Assembly: GCA_002269645.1 (NCBI GenBank)
Contig: NIVC01001279.1
Location: 258,503 to 322,502 of the forward strand
DNA length: 64,000 nucleotides
Direction: 5' to 3'
DNA from: Macrostomum lignano
Taxonomy: Eukaryota
Within the stretch, counting starts at the first letter, position 1. Each line of letters starts with the position of its first letter. The position numbers were made by a program, and so were the translations under genes. Below are positions 1 through 12,041 of this stretch, piece by piece. Below the pieces are notes generated by a model. It did no database searches and was not told the DNA's origin. It saw only the letters and a program-made list of their open reading frames with translations.

Positions 1-3000
1 GGAAAGTTTTAGAGCTCAAATCAGCTTCAACGATGGCGTCTGTAATAGACTCGTCCCAGCTTTGCTGTACTGTAGAAAAAAAACGCGTAGATGACAGATC
101 GCAACGTTGGGTATTTTTTATTTTAGTTTATAGTTGCAATTAAGTAAGTATCAGTGTTGAAAGCTTTCTACATGTAGTTAGAAAGTTATTAATTTTCATT
201 CCAATCAACGGAATAGCTAGTGTATCGTTAAAAAATTATGCGAGTCTATTGAAGATGGGCTTGATCATCGCAGGGATGAGTGATCAGCTGACAAACGCTT
301 TAGCTAGTTTAACAATGGCGTCAAAGTCTACCTTGAGCGAAGCACCTAGTGACGATATCTGGTCGCGAGTTCGCGTGCTGACGGGCTGCTATTAAAGTAG
401 TGAGTAAACACACAGTTAGTGGTGACGATAACTGACGGCGCCGATAATTCGATTACGGATTATGTATATTTGCAGGTTACACATGTAGTGGTTATTGCTG
501 ATGCTAACTGGTAACGAACAATTGCAGTGTCAATGGAATGTGGCTTCGAAGATGACCTTAGTGGGTAACACTACTAAATTGAGAGCGATCTTGAACTACT
601 GTTTTTTTCAGTGTTTACTAAAATCAAATGACTGGCGATAGGAACAGCAGCGGCACACCACGCTCAGTCTTCTCCGAAGCCACAGAATTCAAAATGTTAA
701 ATATAACTATTTAATGCAGTAAAACAAAGCATTGCTTACTATTTTCAATAAACATACCCTGGTAAAAGTGAAACCAATTGATATAAATAAAGTACATATT
801 AAATATTTTTTAGTAGATATTAATCGACGAACTGGGAGAATAAAAGAACCACCAACGTCACAACCTTTAAGGGCTGTTGCCACTGCCGTCTCGTGTGGAT
901 CAGCGCCAATTTCGCTAGAAGTCACTTGTTGTTGAAAAGGCACCATTTAAATTTTAAACGACTCCTGCAGTAGCAGCCCCAACTAAGCGGATAAAGATTT
1001 TAGCAAACGGCGAAACAAATGTTGAGCTGTTAATTTTTGAGTAGAGTTCGAGAAGGGTTTGAGTGTAGACTCAATAGCTGCTTGCTTTTCCTTAGTCTCG
1101 TCGTTTTGATGCTTCTGTTCTGTTTCTAACCTGCTGTTTCTAAAAATAGACTTGTCGGACCATATGCAGGAATAAAAAATGCTCATATTGTAACACAATT
1201 CAGCGTGCATTAAACGCTAAATCGTGATCGCGCATTGGCTTGAGTCATCTAATCAGCACAAGAAATATACCGTCTTTACAATGCAGCTATACGGTGGATG
1301 TTTGGTAATTTTACGTAACCATAAAGATTTTACGGTATATTATTGAGTATTACCAAATGAAATTACGGATAATGCATTACATAATGTCCAGAAAAATCTA
1401 TATATCTGTGTATTTTTGTCAATGGACAATAGCGCGCCGCGAGAAAATAGACAAAACACATAATATTAATGAGTAGTGATCAAAGATCAAACGAAAACGA
1501 TTATGAGATGAGATCGATTGTCAAGTCTCCCACTCTTGCCAATTCAATTCAATTCATTCAGCCGATCAAAATTAATTGCTATTTAATTGACACCTTTTTG
1601 CAAATATTTATAGACCTATTAAATACCCTTTCAGTGCAGGATATGATAAAAACGAAGCTCGATTGAAAGTGGCAATGCCTCGATTGAGGTTGATACCGCT
1701 GCACTAGATGGATTAATGATATTATGATATTCAACAGAGTCGATTCTGATGAAATGTTAGTTAATTGAGTGACATAATTGAGAATGAGATTGATCAGACT
1801 AATATATTGCCAAAAATCTATAAAATTATATACATTTAGTGGTTAATCCTCAAAAAAAGTATTAACTAACATATTGCCGGACTGTAAAGAAACTTTGATG
1901 GTACTCTCTGTTGTATATAGCTACTGCACATTGGTCAGGCCGAATTAAGTCAAAAGGTATGGCTGGTGAGCTGGATCGGATGTTGAAAGTTCGTTCGTAT
2001 ACATCTAGGGGAAATGCACATGCTACCCTATCATTTTTCCAACATTAGATAGTCATAGTTCCACGTGCAATCCCGTGTCATATTTCTATCGACTTGGATA
2101 TACCAGCTATTTTAACCAAATTTTTAACAAACTATGTGATAAATTATTCGTTTACAAAAGGTTTTACGGCACTTTTACGCTCTTAATCTCAAAGCAGAAA
2201 TATTCGTAAGCTTTGCACGCGAACTGATGAAGATGAAAGAATTCATGCAGATAAATTAAAACTTTTGGTAAATGCAAATTTTATAGTCATATCAAGACTG
2301 TTGCATACGAGCTACTGCAACTAGCTTGAGTATGAGCACGAGGCAGAAGAAGTTTCTACTTTCATATCGTCTGCTTTGCTCTGCGTGAGCTGCTTAGATG
2401 CTTAAATTGGAATTCAATTTTGAGCAAAAATTAAGTCGCTAAGACGGAACGCCATCAACCTAGACATTTATGACACTTTGATGCGGGCAAATCTATTAGA
2501 AGGTAGCTATCCAACACTGTAAATGTTTTCATCTATTTTGCTTTCCATTTTGAAGGAAGGAAAATTTTAATTTCCGTGTAGAAATATTCACTCGATACCG
2601 TTAAATCTACCGTTAAAGTATTTTCTGTTGATGCAGTTATCAGACATCATATTCTCTGTGGGTACTTCAATGAGCAAATGCACTTGCACTAATATTTTAA
2701 GTCCGGGAAATCTGAAATACCTGGAGTGAAAGCGTACCTACTTTCTCAACGAAACGCAACGAACACTTTTATACATTTTCAACAACAGCAAACAACAAAC
2801 AATTTCAAGAGCCTGAAATGATGCAGAAATGTTTTACTATTGACCGAGTTTTGGGCACAATAATTCAAATTTCAGTCCCATCATTACCTCTATCGAATGT
2901 CATTATTGTGCTGTCAAAATCGAAGGTCAGTCCTTTTTTTATAAAATTAAAAGCTGAAATCAGCTTTTTAGTGTCTGCCAATAAGGATTGGAGGGAACAG

Positions 3001-4588
3001 TTGGTGCTCAATAAAGGTTCCGGTACAAGGTCTCCCAGCTTTAGCGTAGCTTACCCCTAGGCAATCAGCCAAACTAAACCAGCTCAAAGATTATCTTCAT
3101 ACAAGACCTTCTTGATTCGACTTTACTAAGCGGTCCTCGACAAGACTCTCTACAGGCAATCCTTTCGCTTGTTTTTTCAGGAAATGCAATGAAATTCGAT
3201 ATCCGTTGGAAATTTGCCTATCACATGTGGTTACCCTGGCTCTGTTTGATCCAGATTTCAGAGAAAAGAGAGACATGAAAGCCTCCTTGGAAAATTTTAG
3301 GAGGCAGTTTTTAGCGAAAAAATACACCTCGGAGATAGGAGGTTTTTTGATTTCAGCACAAAATTGTTATTGTTTTTGATAGAAGGGAGACCCAATGTCC
3401 ATCTCTTGATATGTCTATCTTATAACTCATATATCATAAATCATCATAAATAAAAAATCACAGGAATGGCGCAGCTCGACTCCCCTCATTGATTTTATGA
3501 ATCTATTGTAGCATTCGTAGCTTAATGACAGTGCAACTAAATGTGTAACAGAATGACTACATGTCTGTAAAAAAGACAATGCAATGGGAAAAAACCTGCA
3601 GTTTCCCATCCTTCTACTTAAGCAGTCCTTGGCTTTACGTCTGCGGAGGATTCATTTTTCTTATCCATACTTTTCAGACGCTTAGCACTAAGCTCGTGTG
3701 AAACTTCCTGCTTTCTGAACAGCCGTCCTTGAGAAAGGCAGTAGGTTAAATCCTGTCTAGCTTTAACAAACCTCCATCGCTCAAGAATACTTTCGTAGTG
3801 GTGACTCTAAGCAGGAAATATACAACTTGCAGAGACAGTCAGATTGCTTCAGATATCATCATTCCTAATTAATTAACCTTCGACAAGCCTTAAAGATGTG
3901 AAATTTATTTCACTATATAGCATCTACATAATTAAGCTAAGGGCTCAGTCTGAGGTTGTCCTTTAGACTTTTGACGGTTCAGCAGAGTTATTTTATTTGA
4001 TCTGATCCGAGATATCTTCTGGCAGGATTGCCTGACTTTTGCTTGGCTTGAGTTGGGAATGCACAGTTGGCATTTGGCTATACAGAAGATAGCCGGGAAC
4101 CCTAGATGCCTTGAGAGTCTCAGGAAATGATGGGTTGCAAGCTTCAATTCGCGAGCAAGCAATGAAAAGTATAGGATTGCAAAAATGGAGAGGGCAGAGC
4201 TTTTTCGACAGAAAATTACCTCGGTAGACCCGGGCAACCCATCGCTCAGATGCGTGGGAACAATGCGCGGCGAGAGACGTTCAGAGTGACGCATTAGCGC
4301 AGACACGTCCTCAATCCCTGTGCAGCTGATACCCAGTCAGGCAGTTAGGCCGAAGAGGTGGGAAGGAATCACATGAATAGAGCGAACAAAAGAGCGCACA
4401 GAATTATTATTTTACTGGAAGGGTCAACCTAGCGCACGTAATACTGCGGCTCGAGAAAGCTTTGTTTGTTTTTGTTTGCTACAGTGGCTGACTTTACTTG
4501 TTAAAAATTATTAAAGTTAATGATTAATCTACCATTAAGTAAATAAAATTATAAATCACTCACTAAGTTATTCAATCAACAAACAAAC

Positions 4589-5557
<969 letters not shown>

Positions 5558-5801
5558 AGCCCCCTTCTGTTGTATTAAACTTCAAGCACTAGAAAGCAAT
5601 ACTGCACCATCACAATCCAATCACTTTCTCAGCCAATCAGATCAGAGGCTGCTCTGCCTCCTACATTCAGTTAGGACAGCTCTGTCTACTTATTTCCTGT
5701 CTCCTCGGCGATCTGCGCTGCTTCAGCGAGCGCGCAGTTGCTAACACGGAGAGTAAAAACAACTCATTGCACCCCGACGACCAAACTGTCAAGCCAAGCA
5801 G

Positions 5802-6932
5802 ATGGACGCCGACCTGCTTGAGAATGCTACCAATGGCATGAACTCATCCGCTCCGGCCATTGCTGGCTTCAAAGACGTTTCCATGTCGACTCAAGCGGCC
5901 ATCGGACTAGTGGCAACATTCGCCACATTCGCCCTCGTGCTGAACTCGTTTCTGCTGTTCATCCTGATTCGCAGCCAGGTGCGCGAACGCTCTGCCGGCA
6001 TGCAGGTGCTCACTGTTATGGAAATACTGCTCAGTGTGGCCCTACTGTCGCTGTTCATCAGCATGATGGCGGCCAAGGACCCCGGAGCTCTGCCGCAGGA
6101 GCTCGGGCTCGGAGTTCACGCCGTTCAGATGACTCGCAACTACTGGCTGCTGGCCGTCACTCTGCACCGAATGGCCATCACGGTGCGGCCTCAGCTGGCC
6201 GCCCAACGGAATGACTATTTTCGCGGCAGGCATCAGTTCTCGATTGTGTGCTTGATTGTGTGCCTCTCGACTCTGACTCTGCTCGCTAGAAGTCCCACGC
6301 TGACTGGTGCAGTGGATAAGCAAGCCAATGCAACTGCGGAGAATGCTCTCGTGGCTTATATTCGCGTCTACCTCATCAAGTCGGTGAGCTTCGCCGCTCT
6401 TGGCGTCATGCTGCCAGGCCTGGCGATTCTGGCCGCTACCGCCAAGATCGCGCACGCCCTGCGCTACCGACTGGCGCCGCACCGGGCCACCAACCGGGTG
6501 ACGAAGATGGTTCTGACTCTGTCCATCGGCTTCGTGCTACTCGAGTCTCCACTGGCTATAACCTATACCGTCACCTGCGGCTACCTGTTGAACAGTTTGA
6601 CACTGCCGTTGGACCAATCTGATTTTGCCAGGCTGCAGGTGCTGGAGGAGCTGGCCACCTGGGGCATGGTGTTCGTACCGGTTGACTCCTGCCTGAACTT
6701 TCTGGTGCTCCTTTGCTACAGCCGATCGGTGCGATGGTTCCTGCGCAGCAGCATGCAGAAGTACAGGCGGCGACGGCGGTTGCGTCAGCACCGTAGCCGA
6801 CGCCGGTGCCTTCGGAAGCGTCTGGAAAAGCAGCTGCGGCAGCAAGCGAAGCTGCGTCGATCGCTGCAGAAACAGCGGGAACGAGAGCTGCAGGCCGACG
6901 GGTATGCGCGCTTTGGGTCGGTTGTGACTTGA
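5802..6932 (+). CDS. Intronless orphan rhodopsin-like (class A) GPCR, 376 aa, peptide-receptor-like
   Basis: N-terminal N-glycosylation sequons (NAT, NSS) and about seven hydrophobic segments. TM1 LVLNSFLL, TM3 end LHRMAITVRP (DRY position), TM6 FVLLESP, TM7 DSCLNFLVLLCYSRSVR, basic C-tail. Confidence 0.85.
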   Translation: MDADLLENATNGMNSSAPAIAGFKDVSMSTQAAIGLVATFATFALVLNSFLLFILIRSQVRERSAGMQVLTVMEILLSVALLSLFISMMAAKDPGALPQELGLGVHAVQMTRNYWLLAVTLHRMAITVRPQLAAQRNDYFRGRHQFSIVCLIVCLSTLTLLARSPTLTGAVDKQANATAENALVAYIRVYLIKSVSFAALGVMLPGLAILAATAKIAHALRYRLAPHRATNRVTKMVLTLSIGFVLLESPLAITYTVTCGYLLNSLTLPLDQSDFARLQVLEELATWGMVFVPVDSCLNFLVLLCYSRSVRWFLRSSMQKYRRRRRLRQHRSRRRCLRKRLEKQLRQQAKLRRSLQKQRERELQADGYARFGSVVT

Positions 6933-6991
6933 TTAGAGTAGGCTAATGAAATTCATGCATGCTACCGATTCAATACTACGCTCGTAATAAT

Positions 6992-8807
6992 TGTAGTAAC
7001 TGAGTCAGAGGCCGTGTTTGCTGTGTAGCCAAACTCTTACGAGGTACAATCTCGCCGCGCTGGGCACGCGTCTATATATTTTTGAGTTAGAATTGGGGTG
7101 GCGGCACCCACCCCACTCCGCAGCCAATCAGACTGCCCGGGCGTACCACTGGGCTAACATACTGTGCGTACGCACACTACATCTCTCCCCTTTCGAATAG
7201 AGACTGCGAGAGAAGAAAATCTATTTAAATGTAACTCGAAAATACAAAACTTGAAATATTCACCGATGATGCGCATTGAAAATGGAGATTAAAATATTGA
7301 GGAAATGAAATATTTGAATTGAATGCAGCAGCAAAAACTTGAAAAAAACTTCAGTCCGCATATTACAGAAAAAAAATTCTGTTAATTTCAGTCACTCCAC
7401 GATTCAAAATTCAGTCCTTGTAGATTTTCACGCCAGCCCGAGCAGCGCGGGGGTGCGGGCGCAGCGCCACCGGGGAGGCGGGTGGATCTCGGGCCGCCTC
7501 GCCAGCAGCTCTCGGTGTAGCGTTCTGCGTCTGGATGCCGGCGTCGGCCAAATCGGGGCCGTGCAGTGCCGCCAGCAGGTCGTGCCGTCCCGGCGTAGCA
7601 GCAGCGAGTTGCCGGCCACTCGCTGGACCGTCCAGGCATCGCTCTCGAATGGCGTCTGCGTCTTCACCGACCCGCCATCGTAGCACTGAGTCGCCGACCT
7701 GGACGTCGTGCTGCCGTGGTCGCCTCCTTGCGTCCGCGTGCTGCTTCATCGCCGCCTTGGCGCCGGCGTCGGCGTCTCTCAGCCGCTGCTCGTTGATGCG
7801 GACTCGCTGGGACGGCCGGGCGGCGGGAATAAAGTCGTTTGGCCGCCGGCCCATCAGCAGCTCGGCTGGTGCGCGCCCGGTGGCCGTGTGCGGCGTGTTC
7901 TTGTAGGCCAGCAGCCACTCGTCCAGAGCGGCCCTCCAGTCCCGCCGCTCCTCGATGGCTGCGCGCACGACTTTGTTGATGGAGCGGTTGAGTGATGAGG
8001 CGGTGCTTGATCCCGTAGCTCGCCAGGAATCGGCCGAACTCCTTGGACGAGAAGGGCGGTCCATTGTCTGTCACGAGCTCCTGCGGAGGACCCGGTCAAC
8101 CGCAGGCAGCTCTTCTCGCAGCGCGTGGAGTGAGCGTATCTCGGGGTTGGAGCGATCCCACCGGCCGTCTTGCGTCGTCGCAATCGCTGCCCGGATGACT
8201 GGGTCGCTGGCAGAGCTCTTGCGGATGTCCCGGAGCGTCAGCGCCATCGGCACAGCCGCCTGCGCCACCTCGTTGATGTAGGCCTCCCTCCGCTGCTCGC
8301 CAAAACTTCTGCCGTGCGCGCTTAGGGGCTGCCGGAGGCTCCCGGCTGGTACTCGACCTTGAACACTAGGTGCTGGATCCTCAGCGTCATTCGCTCGACT
8401 CGTGGAGGCGGCCGCGACCCAGACGCGAACATGGCCGTCAGCGGCTTGTGATCGGAGACCACTGTGAACTCGCGCGATCCATGCAGGTAGTACTCAAACT
8501 TCAGGCAGCCGAACTTCACGGCCAGTGCCTCCTTCTCGGTCTGCGAATATCGCCGCTCGACATCGGAGAGGATCCGGCTGGCGTATGCAACCGGCCTTGA
8601 GCTGCCGTCGCGCTGCACCTGCGCCAGGATGGCGCCCAGTCCGGTCGGCCCCGCGTCCACGATCAGCTGCGTGTGTAGCCGCTTGTCGTAAAAAGCCAGC
8701 GTTGTCGGCTCCGCGATGCTGCGCTTCAGCTGCCCACCCCACTCCGCAGCCATTCAGACTGCCCAGGCGTACCACTGGGCTAATATACCGTGCGTACGCA
8801 CACTACA
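6992..8807 (-). mobile_element. Mirror copy of the deleted Ty3/Gypsy element
   Basis: Reverse complement of 10167..11982; all ORF-track translations are identical. Confidence 0.95.
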
Positions 8808-9104
8808 ATAATAATATTGGATTTCACCTGCACTAAATGGGCAGATGTGCAACCGACAGCTCAGCCACAGCCTCAGCGCATCTGAAGGCTACGTACGGCT
8901 GTTCAGTCCAAGGACTGGGGGGTCGCCATACACATCCTCAATTACCCCAGCTAATGCTGGCATCCATTTTACAGCTGGGTGAACTGAAGCAATGCAGAGT
9001 TGAGTGTCGTGTTCAAGGACACAAATTGCTCCGAGTGGGTCAAGAATCGAACCCCCGACCTTTAAGTCGCGAGTCCGACGCTCTAACTACTAGGCTAAAA
9101 CCCC
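8808..9104 (-). mobile_element. Mirror copy of the CORE-like SINE
   Basis: Reverse complement of 9870..10166. Confidence 0.85.
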
Positions 9105-9471
9105 ATACTAGCAACAGCAACAACAAACCTCAGTTGCCAAATCAAGGTCTACCTAGAGCAAGAGAACTTAGCCCTAAAAGCTAAAGTGTATTGATTGGTA
9201 ACTCCTTCTTCAGATAATGACTCTTTCGGATTTTACATACGAGCGTAAGTTGTTTAATATAAATACAGAATATAGCTAGCAATTAAGAAACGGCTAATGC
9301 ATTCTCATATTTTCTCAAATCCATCCCTTGTGACCCGATCTGGAAATTTGAAGCCTTCGATTTGACCAAAGCATCGTAGCGAAATTTTTTCCTTCTGGTA
9401 GAATTGTCGAATATCTCGATGATTCGGAGGGCTGGCGACTTGCTTCTGCTTGAAAAGATGCGCAACAAAAA

Positions 9472-9502
9472 TTTAGCCTGTGTTGTTGATTGTTGTTGTT
9501 GT
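9472..9502. other. Unpaired loop/spacer of the palindrome (TTTAGCCTGTGTTGTTGATTGTTGTTGTTGT)
   Basis: Complementarity holds through A9471/T9503 and fails at T9472/T9502. Confidence 0.93.
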
Positions 9503-9869
9503 TTTTTGTTGCGCATCTTTTCAAGCAGAAGCAAGTCGCCAGCCCTCCGAATCATCGAGATATTCGACAATTCTACCAGAAGGAAAAAATTTCGCTACGA
9601 TGCTTTGGTCAAATCGAAGGCTTCAAATTTCCAGATCGGGTCACAAGGGATGGATTTGAGAAAATATGAGAATGCATTAGCCGTTTCTTAATTGCTAGCT
9701 ATATTCTGTATTTATATTAAACAACTTACGCTCGTATGTAAAATCCGAAAGAGTCATTATCTGAAGAAGGAGTTACCAATCAATACACTTTAGCTTTTAG
9801 GGCTAAGTTCTCTTGCTCTAGGTAGACCTTGATTTGGCAACTGAGGTTTGTTGTTGCTGTTGCTAGTAT

Positions 9870-10166
9870 GGGGTTTTAGCCTAGTAGTTAGAGCGTCGGA
9901 CTCGCGACTTAAAGGTCGGGGGTTCGATTCTTGACCCACTCGGAGCAATTTGTGTCCTTGAACACGACACTCAACTCTGCATTGCTTCAGTTCACCCAGC
10001 TGTAAAATGGATGCCAGCATTAGCTGGGGTAATTGAGGATGTGTATGGCGACCCCCCAGTCCTTGGACTGAACAGCCGTACGTAGCCTTCAGATGCGCTG
10101 AGGCTGTGGCTGAGCTGTCGGTTGCACATCTGCCCATTTAGTGCAGGTGAAATCCAATATTATTAT
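9870..10166 (+). mobile_element. tRNA-derived SINE with CORE-like central domain and (ATT)n tail; mirror at 8808..9104 (-)
   Basis: A-box-like TAGCCTAGTAG and B-box-like GGTTCGATTC. Body GTGTCCTTGAAC..TCAGTTCACCCAGCTGTAAAATGG resembles the MIR/CORE domain. A related copy lies at 60767. Candidate TSD TAGTAT before the head and after the tail (11996-12001). Confidence 0.85.
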
Positions 10167-11982
10167 TGTAGTGTGCGTACGCACGGTATATTAGCCCAGT
10201 GGTACGCCTGGGCAGTCTGAATGGCTGCGGAGTGGGGTGGGCAGCTGAAGCGCAGCATCGCGGAGCCGACAACGCTGGCTTTTTACGACAAGCGGCTACA
10301 CACGCAGCTGATCGTGGACGCGGGGCCGACCGGACTGGGCGCCATCCTGGCGCAGGTGCAGCGCGACGGCAGCTCAAGGCCGGTTGCATACGCCAGCCGG
10401 ATCCTCTCCGATGTCGAGCGGCGATATTCGCAGACCGAGAAGGAGGCACTGGCCGTGAAGTTCGGCTGCCTGAAGTTTGAGTACTACCTGCATGGATCGC
10501 GCGAGTTCACAGTGGTCTCCGATCACAAGCCGCTGACGGCCATGTTCGCGTCTGGGTCGCGGCCGCCTCCACGAGTCGAGCGAATGACGCTGAGGATCCA
10601 GCACCTAGTGTTCAAGGTCGAGTACCAGCCGGGAGCCTCCGGCAGCCCCTAAGCGCGCACGGCAGAAGTTTTGGCGAGCAGCGGAGGGAGGCCTACATCA
10701 ACGAGGTGGCGCAGGCGGCTGTGCCGATGGCGCTGACGCTCCGGGACATCCGCAAGAGCTCTGCCAGCGACCCAGTCATCCGGGCAGCGATTGCGACGAC
10801 GCAAGACGGCCGGTGGGATCGCTCCAACCCCGAGATACGCTCACTCCACGCGCTGCGAGAAGAGCTGCCTGCGGTTGACCGGGTCCTCCGCAGGAGCTCG
10901 TGACAGACAATGGACCGCCCTTCTCGTCCAAGGAGTTCGGCCGATTCCTGGCGAGCTACGGGATCAAGCACCGCCTCATCACTCAACCGCTCCATCAACA
11001 AAGTCGTGCGCGCAGCCATCGAGGAGCGGCGGGACTGGAGGGCCGCTCTGGACGAGTGGCTGCTGGCCTACAAGAACACGCCGCACACGGCCACCGGGCG
11101 CGCACCAGCCGAGCTGCTGATGGGCCGGCGGCCAAACGACTTTATTCCCGCCGCCCGGCCGTCCCAGCGAGTCCGCATCAACGAGCAGCGGCTGAGAGAC
11201 GCCGACGCCGGCGCCAAGGCGGCGATGAAGCAGCACGCGGACGCAAGGAGGCGACCACGGCAGCACGACGTCCAGGTCGGCGACTCAGTGCTACGATGGC
11301 GGGTCGGTGAAGACGCAGACGCCATTCGAGAGCGATGCCTGGACGGTCCAGCGAGTGGCCGGCAACTCGCTGCTGCTACGCCGGGACGGCACGACCTGCT
11401 GGCGGCACTGCACGGCCCCGATTTGGCCGACGCCGGCATCCAGACGCAGAACGCTACACCGAGAGCTGCTGGCGAGGCGGCCCGAGATCCACCCGCCTCC
11501 CCGGTGGCGCTGCGCCCGCACCCCCGCGCTGCTCGGGCTGGCGTGAAAATCTACAAGGACTGAATTTTGAATCGTGGAGTGACTGAAATTAACAGAATTT
11601 TTTTTCTGTAATATGCGGACTGAAGTTTTTTTCAAGTTTTTGCTGCTGCATTCAATTCAAATATTTCATTTCCTCAATATTTTAATCTCCATTTTCAATG
11701 CGCATCATCGGTGAATATTTCAAGTTTTGTATTTTCGAGTTACATTTAAATAGATTTTCTTCTCTCGCAGTCTCTATTCGAAAGGGGAGAGATGTAGTGT
11801 GCGTACGCACAGTATGTTAGCCCAGTGGTACGCCCGGGCAGTCTGATTGGCTGCGGAGTGGGGTGGGTGCCGCCACCCCAATTCTAACTCAAAAATATAT
11901 AGACGCGTGCCCAGCGCGGCGAGATTGTACCTCGTAAGAGTTTGGCTACACAGCAAACACGGCCTCTGACTCAGTTACTACA
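10167..11982 (+). mobile_element. Internally deleted Ty3/Gypsy LTR retrotransposon (truncated 5' LTR, RNase H, integrase fragments, PPT, full 3' LTR)
   Basis: Termini TGTAGT...ACTACA with 5-bp TSD ATTAT (10162-10166, 11983-11987). The first ~74 bp of the LTR recur at 10167 and 11793. RNase H motifs IVDAG..GLGAIL.Q, VAYASR, RYSQTEKEALAV, SDHKPL; integrase VTDNGPPF and YKNTPHTATGRAPAELLMGR. PPT AAAGGGGAGAGA at 11781-11792. Stops, frameshifts and deletions are present. Confidence 0.95.
11793..11982 (+). repeat. 3' LTR (190 bp) of the Gypsy derivative; mirror at 6992..7181
   Basis: TG...CA ends with a 6-bp terminal inverted repeat, directly after the polypurine tract. Confidence 0.92.
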
Positions 11983-12041
11983 ATTATTACGAGCGTAGTA
12001 TTGAATCGGTAGCATGCATGAATTTCATTAGCCTACTCTAA

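Noticed and set aside
3932-4306. 124-aa ORF and its mirror 14780..15154 as a gene
   Set aside because: At least 8 amino-acid changes among ~9-10 substitutions between the arms suggests no purifying selection; no recognisable motif.
9472-9502. Loop as a PacBio SMRTbell adapter remnant (shares GTTGTTGTTG)
   Set aside because: It lacks the adapter's ATCTCTCTC/GAGAGAGAT stem and CCTCCTCCTCC run. An artefactual fold-back is still not excluded.
9283-9691. 95-aa ORFs crossing the palindrome centre
   Set aside because: Created by the fold-back junction; no recognisable domain.
9870-9940. tRNA gene (also 60767-60835)
   Set aside because: The cloverleaf is degenerate and continues into a shared SINE body, so it is a SINE head.
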